A stretch of 64,000 nucleotides of DNA, taken from an uncultured Gammaproteobacteria bacterium (GTDB lineage Bacteria > Patescibacteriota > Microgenomatia > UBA10105 > UBA927). The stretch is from assembly GCA_964527425.1 (NCBI GenBank), contig CAZGOA010000001.1:20842-84841 (forward strand), read 5' to 3'. This document shows, one piece after another, positions 60,344 through 64,000 of this stretch. The notes below the pieces were generated by a model. The model did no database searches. It was not told the DNA's origin and saw nothing but the letters and a program-made list of their open reading frames with translations. How positions within the stretch are numbered: the stretch's first letter is position 1; every line of letters starts with the position of its first letter. Made by a program: the position numbers and the translations under genes.

Positions 60344-61662
60344 GATATTTGATCAGAACGTATTATCTGTTCTTCATAATGAAATAACACACCAAGAATA
60401 AAAATTGTCGATAAAAACGCAATATGACTATTATTAAAATACCTACTGAAATACCAAATAATAAAAAGAAACACACCGTAGGATAAGAAGAGTTTAGAAA
60501 TTGATGGTTTTTTTCGTATCCAGAGTAGTAATAAGCCTAATACGGGTAATCCCAGACCTAACTGAAATATTGTAAACGGAAAGTAGTCTTTAATGTTGCC
60601 TATAAATCCGTGTTCAAACAGTATCATACTAAAACCATATCCAGAAACAGGATATCCTGTTTCTCCACCAGCACTCAAGTACAAAATCACACTATTAATA
60701 AAAGCTTGAGCATCCCATAGTAAAAAAGGCAACATTATTACTACTGCAGTACTCACGGCGATACATACATAAAAAACAAATTGTATTGTTCTGCTATTAT
60801 GAAACTTTAACCTTTTTATTAAAAGTTTTTTATTAGAGTAATGAGGAATTCCTAAAGCCAACCAAACATAGTAAATCCAAAATGGAAAAGCAAACCAAAG
60901 TGTCTGTTTTGACATCAAACCCAAACCGATTGATATTGCTGATAATACAATTCTTTTATTGTGTAATAAATAAACTGCATAAACTAACCACAATAAAGCA
61001 AATGTATCACTTCTTCCTTCTATAAAATAATGAGTAACTGCTGGAGACAGTGCTACTAGAATAATAGATATCTCTTTTAACACTGGATCTTTAAACCACC
61101 TCCATAAAACTACAATAATTCCAGTTAAAGCTATGAGCGATACTAATCTCACATCAAAGAATCCCAATGTTCGATTAGCTATCCAATAAACAGGAAATGG
61201 AAATAATAGATACCACGGAGGCATTACAAAATGGTATAACGCAGGATTTACTGCATCTTTACCTAATTCTGAGTATCTAAATAATTCAACAGGTGTATTA
61301 AAATAGGTTTCTTTATAGGGATTTTTACTTTGATGCAGATAACGCATAGCTGCTTCAAGCTGAAGTACAATGTCATGAGTACCCCATTGCGGTGCAATTT
61401 TATGCCGATCAATAATTGCAGTGTACGTAGTTCCTCCTATCACTATACTTAATACGATAATTAATAATACAAAGGATATTCGTCTATTCCACATACCAAA
61501 AGTACGTGGGTAAATATCAATGAATACTTTTCCAATTAAAGTAAAAAAAACTATGCCAAATAATGTGTATGGAGTTGTTTCAACAGGCCATATTCTAAAG
61601 TGCATAATCACAGGTATAGATAATGCAAAAAGTAGAATTGCCGGTATTGCAGAAAACGTCAT
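60340..61662 (-). CDS. polytopic membrane protein (GT-C-like candidate, family unassigned)
   Basis: 440 aa, about 11 TM helices, 'GRSDTFALLW...GLMSKQTLWFAFPFW'. Confidence 0.4.
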   Translation of the reverse strand: MTFSAIPAILLFALSIPVIMHFRIWPVETTPYTLFGIVFFTLIGKVFIDIYPRTFGMWNRRISFVLLIIVLSIVIGGTTYTAIIDRHKIAPQWGTHDIVLQLEAAMRYLHQSKNPYKETYFNTPVELFRYSELGKDAVNPALYHFVMPPWYLLFPFPVYWIANRTLGFFDVRLVSLIALTGIIVVLWRWFKDPVLKEISIILVALSPAVTHYFIEGRSDTFALLWLVYAVYLLHNKRIVLSAISIGLGLMSKQTLWFAFPFWIYYVWLALGIPHYSNKKLLIKRLKFHNSRTIQFVFYVCIAVSTAVVIMLPFLLWDAQAFINSVILYLSAGGETGYPVSGYGFSMILFEHGFIGNIKDYFPFTIFQLGLGLPVLGLLLLWIRKKPSISKLFLSYGVFLFIIWYFSRYFNNSHIAFLSTIFILGVLFHYEEQIIRSDQIS

Positions 61663-61680
61663 AGGTGTATTGTACTAAAA

Positions 61681-61709
61681 TTGAACAGCATACATGAAAG
61701 AGATACTAT
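61681..61709 (+). promoter_or_regulatory. candidate sigma70-like promoter for the + strand gene at 61724
   Basis: TTGAAC (61681-61686), a 17-nt spacer, TACTAT (61704-61709); AGGA about 9 nt before the ATG. Lies in a 61-bp divergent intergenic region. Confidence 0.3.
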
Positions 61710-61723
61710 AGAATAGGATTCTC

Positions 61724-63397
61724 ATGAAATCATTATATTTACTTTTTTTTATTATCATACTCTCTCTTCTGCCTTTTGTAAGCATTTTTACCACAAATCA
61801 ACTACCTCATACGAGTGATGGTGGAGTTCAAATACCGCGTATGGCAGCATTCTACACAGCGCTCAAAGATGGACATATTCCTGTTAGATGGGCAGGCGAT
61901 CTCAATTATGGATACGGATTGCCCCTATTTAATTTTATCTATCACACTCCTTTTTTTATTTCTTCATTTCTAATTTGGCTGGGAATCGGGTTAATAGATT
62001 CCTTTAAATTACTTTTACTTATCAGCTTTCTTCTTTCTGGTATATTTATGTTTCTTTTCTCTTCTGTTTTTTTCAAAGATACAAAAACTGCATTGTTTGT
62101 AACGATGCTCTATCAATTTGCACCATATAGATTAGTAGAGATATTAACCAGAGGAAGCATTGGAGGTATATATGCGTATACATTTTTACCACTCATGTTG
62201 TGGTGTATTGTATTAGTCTGGAATAAAGCAACTATTTATCGAATATTGGGTATTATAATAGCAGGTGGTTTGCTTATTCTTTCACACAACGCTTTAGCAC
62301 TATTGTTCTTTTTTTGTGTAGTGCTGTTTATATTATTAATGGGACCAAATAAACCATCTAAGTATTATTCTTTGTTCGGAGTATTGGGTAGCTTGGGTTT
62401 ATCTTCATATTATTGGATTCCTGCACTTTTTGAACACAAATACACCTATGGTGATTTATTTATGAAAGATTTATATCTTTCACATTTTCCTGAAATAGTT
62501 AAATTTTTTATTCCAAATCTTATCAATGCTCAAAATCTTCGAGTTGCTGAAATAAATATACACATAGGAATAATACATACAGTTGTGTTTATAATTGCGT
62601 GCCTCGTATTGATAACAACAAAACAAATGTTATCTCTACGAAATTTTATTAAGGAACCTCGCAATAGACTATTGGTTTATTCAATAAGTATATTTTTTTT
62701 GAGTATATTCTTTATGTCACGATTTTCAGTATTATTCTGGCAACATATTTCGTTTCTAAGACAATTTCAATTTCCATGGCGATTTCTTGCGCTCACTGTA
62801 TTTTCAACTTCACTCATGGGCTCGTTTGTCATGAGTATTCGTTTATTTAGACAACGCTATATTTTTGTTCTTTTATTACTTTTAACAATCGTTCCAACGC
62901 TCTATTATTGGCGTCCACCGCAAGGATACACCTATGGTGCAACTGACGAAAAATTTTGGAACTATCCACTAAATACTACCTATTTCGGTGAAACAGATGT
63001 AATTTGGTCAGCTGGTCCTGCAACATCATACCCGCCTTCTCGTATTCAAATAGTAGATGGAAACGCCCAAATCAGTAACTTTTCAAAAAAAACACATCAA
63101 CAATTTTTTACTGTAGAAGCAATAATTCCTTCAACTATCGTTAGCAACACACAATACTTTCCAGGATGGAAAGTATATGTAGACGATCAACTTGTTCCCA
63201 TAGAATTTCAAGATCAGAATTGGAGAGGACTTATTACCTTTGCAGTTCCACAAGGTATTCATCAAGTTAAGATACTATTTAAAGAAAGTAAAATTAGAAT
63301 CCTTGCTGATTGCATTACGCTTGGAACAATAGTCATTATGGGAATCTCACTTCTTGCGTCTACTCGATTAAAACGTCTCACGAGGAAAAATGTATGA
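61724..63397 (+). CDS. GT-C-like membrane protein, 'THDGxxH...PRW' family, paralog 3
   Basis: 'PHTSDGGVQIPRMAAFYTALKDGHIPVRWAGDLNYGYGLP', 'APYRLVEILTRGSIGG', C-terminal 'QYFPGWKVYVDDQLVPIEFQDQNWRG' plus a terminal TM. Confidence 0.55.
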   Translation: MKSLYLLFFIIILSLLPFVSIFTTNQLPHTSDGGVQIPRMAAFYTALKDGHIPVRWAGDLNYGYGLPLFNFIYHTPFFISSFLIWLGIGLIDSFKLLLLISFLLSGIFMFLFSSVFFKDTKTALFVTMLYQFAPYRLVEILTRGSIGGIYAYTFLPLMLWCIVLVWNKATIYRILGIIIAGGLLILSHNALALLFFFCVVLFILLMGPNKPSKYYSLFGVLGSLGLSSYYWIPALFEHKYTYGDLFMKDLYLSHFPEIVKFFIPNLINAQNLRVAEINIHIGIIHTVVFIIACLVLITTKQMLSLRNFIKEPRNRLLVYSISIFFLSIFFMSRFSVLFWQHISFLRQFQFPWRFLALTVFSTSLMGSFVMSIRLFRQRYIFVLLLLLTIVPTLYYWRPPQGYTYGATDEKFWNYPLNTTYFGETDVIWSAGPATSYPPSRIQIVDGNAQISNFSKKTHQQFFTVEAIIPSTIVSNTQYFPGWKVYVDDQLVPIEFQDQNWRGLITFAVPQGIHQVKILFKESKIRILADCITLGTIVIMGISLLASTRLKRLTRKNV

Positions 63398-64000
63398 AAC
63401 TAAAAAATGTATTTATGCGATACTTTCCAATATTCGTACTTGTATGCATTACGATCCTCTTTTTTTATAAATCGTTTTTTAAAGGCTATATACCTTTTCC
63501 TGGTGACCTACTCATTGCAGAATATCAGCCTTGGAAGTCATTTCAGTTTGAAGGATACAATCCAGGAAGTTTTCCCCATAAAGCACAATATTTTGATACA
63601 ATTCGTCAATTATATCCCTGGAAATTTTTTAGCATTGAAGAACTTAAAGCTGGTAGGTTACCACTTTGGAATCCTCATAATTTTTCTGGTGCCCCATTAT
63701 TTGCAAATCTTCAATCGGCTCTTCTCTATCCAACAACCCTACTATTTTTAGTATTTCCATTTAACCTCAGTTGGACTCTATCTGTTATTCTTCAACCGTT
63801 AATTGCCGCACTGTTTACCTATGTTTTTGCGAGAAGGTTACAGTTTTCTAAATCAGCTTCACTTTACTCTAGTATCGCATATGGATTTTCTTTATATATG
63901 ACTGTATTTCTTGAATATAATACTATTGGTCACGTCATTTTATGGCTTCCTGCGATTCTTTTCTGTATCGAAAGTTATTTTCAATTTAAAAAGAATCGTT
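63394..64000 (+). CDS. YfhO-like polytopic membrane protein (GT-C candidate); partial, continues past window end
   Basis: My translation from ATG 63394 in frame 1 is 'MKLKNVFMRYFPIFVLVCITILFFYKSFFKGYIPFPGDLLIAEYQPWKSFQFEGY...'. It has no stop to position 64000 and overlaps the upstream stop by ATGA. The track ORF 63407..63751 is in another frame. Confidence 0.5.
   Translation, partial: MKLKNVFMRYFPIFVLVCITILFFYKSFFKGYIPFPGDLLIAEYQPWKSFQFEGYNPGSFPHKAQYFDTIRQLYPWKFFSIEELKAGRLPLWNPHNFSGAPLFANLQSALLYPTTLLFLVFPFNLSWTLSVILQPLIAALFTYVFARRLQFSKSASLYSSIAYGFSLYMTVFLEYNTIGHVILWLPAILFCIESYFQFKKNR

Noticed and set aside
63407-63751. Track ORF of 114 aa on the plus strand
   Set aside because: It lies in a different frame from the open frame starting at ATG 63394, which encodes a convincing YfhO-like membrane protein running to the window end. 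The 114-aa product has low complexity and no motif.
1-64000. Alternative genetic code (UGA as sense, as in some CPR/Gracilibacteria)
   Set aside because: TGA serves as the stop in many ATGA start/stop overlaps, giving proteins of family-typical length. The standard bacterial code fits.
1-64000. CRISPR arrays, tRNA/rRNA genes, IS elements/integrases, prophage or toxin-antitoxin modules
   Set aside because: I found no direct-repeat/spacer periodicity, no cloverleaf-like conserved tRNA segments in the short intergenic gaps, and no transposase/integrase/recombinase motifs in any frame inspected.

Overview
The window is AT-rich (roughly one-third GC by eye) and consists almost entirely of one very dense glycan-biosynthesis / glycosylation island. 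About 55 tightly packed genes are present, roughly 90% on the minus strand, and many are joined by 4-nt ATGA stop/start overlaps. I recognise no rRNA, tRNA, CRISPR array, transposase or integrase.

Content called from motifs I can read directly in the translations:
- About 17 cytoplasmic glycosyltransferases (GT2 with DxD-type motifs; GT4/GT1 with the C-terminal E-x7-E motif).
- Two DPM1/GtrB-like polyprenyl-phosphate sugar synthases flanking a Wzx-type flippase.
- At least 15 polytopic GT-C-like membrane proteins in several paralogous families: PMT_2/ArnT-like proteins with a 'WDE/HDEW' loop motif; a 'THDGxxH...PRW...APYRxVD..RGSIGE' family; a YfhO-like partial gene; and a 992-aa protein carrying a Wzy_C/O-antigen-ligase-like domain.
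- Nucleotide-sugar pathways: ManC (partial), a GalE-like epimerase, a UXS-like decarboxylase, a Gfo/Idh/MocA + DegT pair, a ColD/E1-like DegT with His in place of the PLP Lys, a GDP-L-fucose-synthase-like SDR, and a CapE-like / 'split CapF' / UDP-GlcNAc-2-epimerase (L-FucNAc-type) set.
- Decorating enzymes: two hexapeptide acetyltransferases, a SAM methyltransferase, a NodU/CmcH carbamoyltransferase and an ornithine carbamoyltransferase.
- A Nudix hydrolase.

No initiating phosphoglycosyltransferase, Wzz or Wza is visible in the window. Gene content and the weak Shine-Dalgarno usage suggest a monoderm, possibly CPR/Patescibacteria-like organism; that is inference only. Family calls come from motif recognition, not searches. 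Exact start codons are uncertain where the ORF track begins on TTG/GTG.
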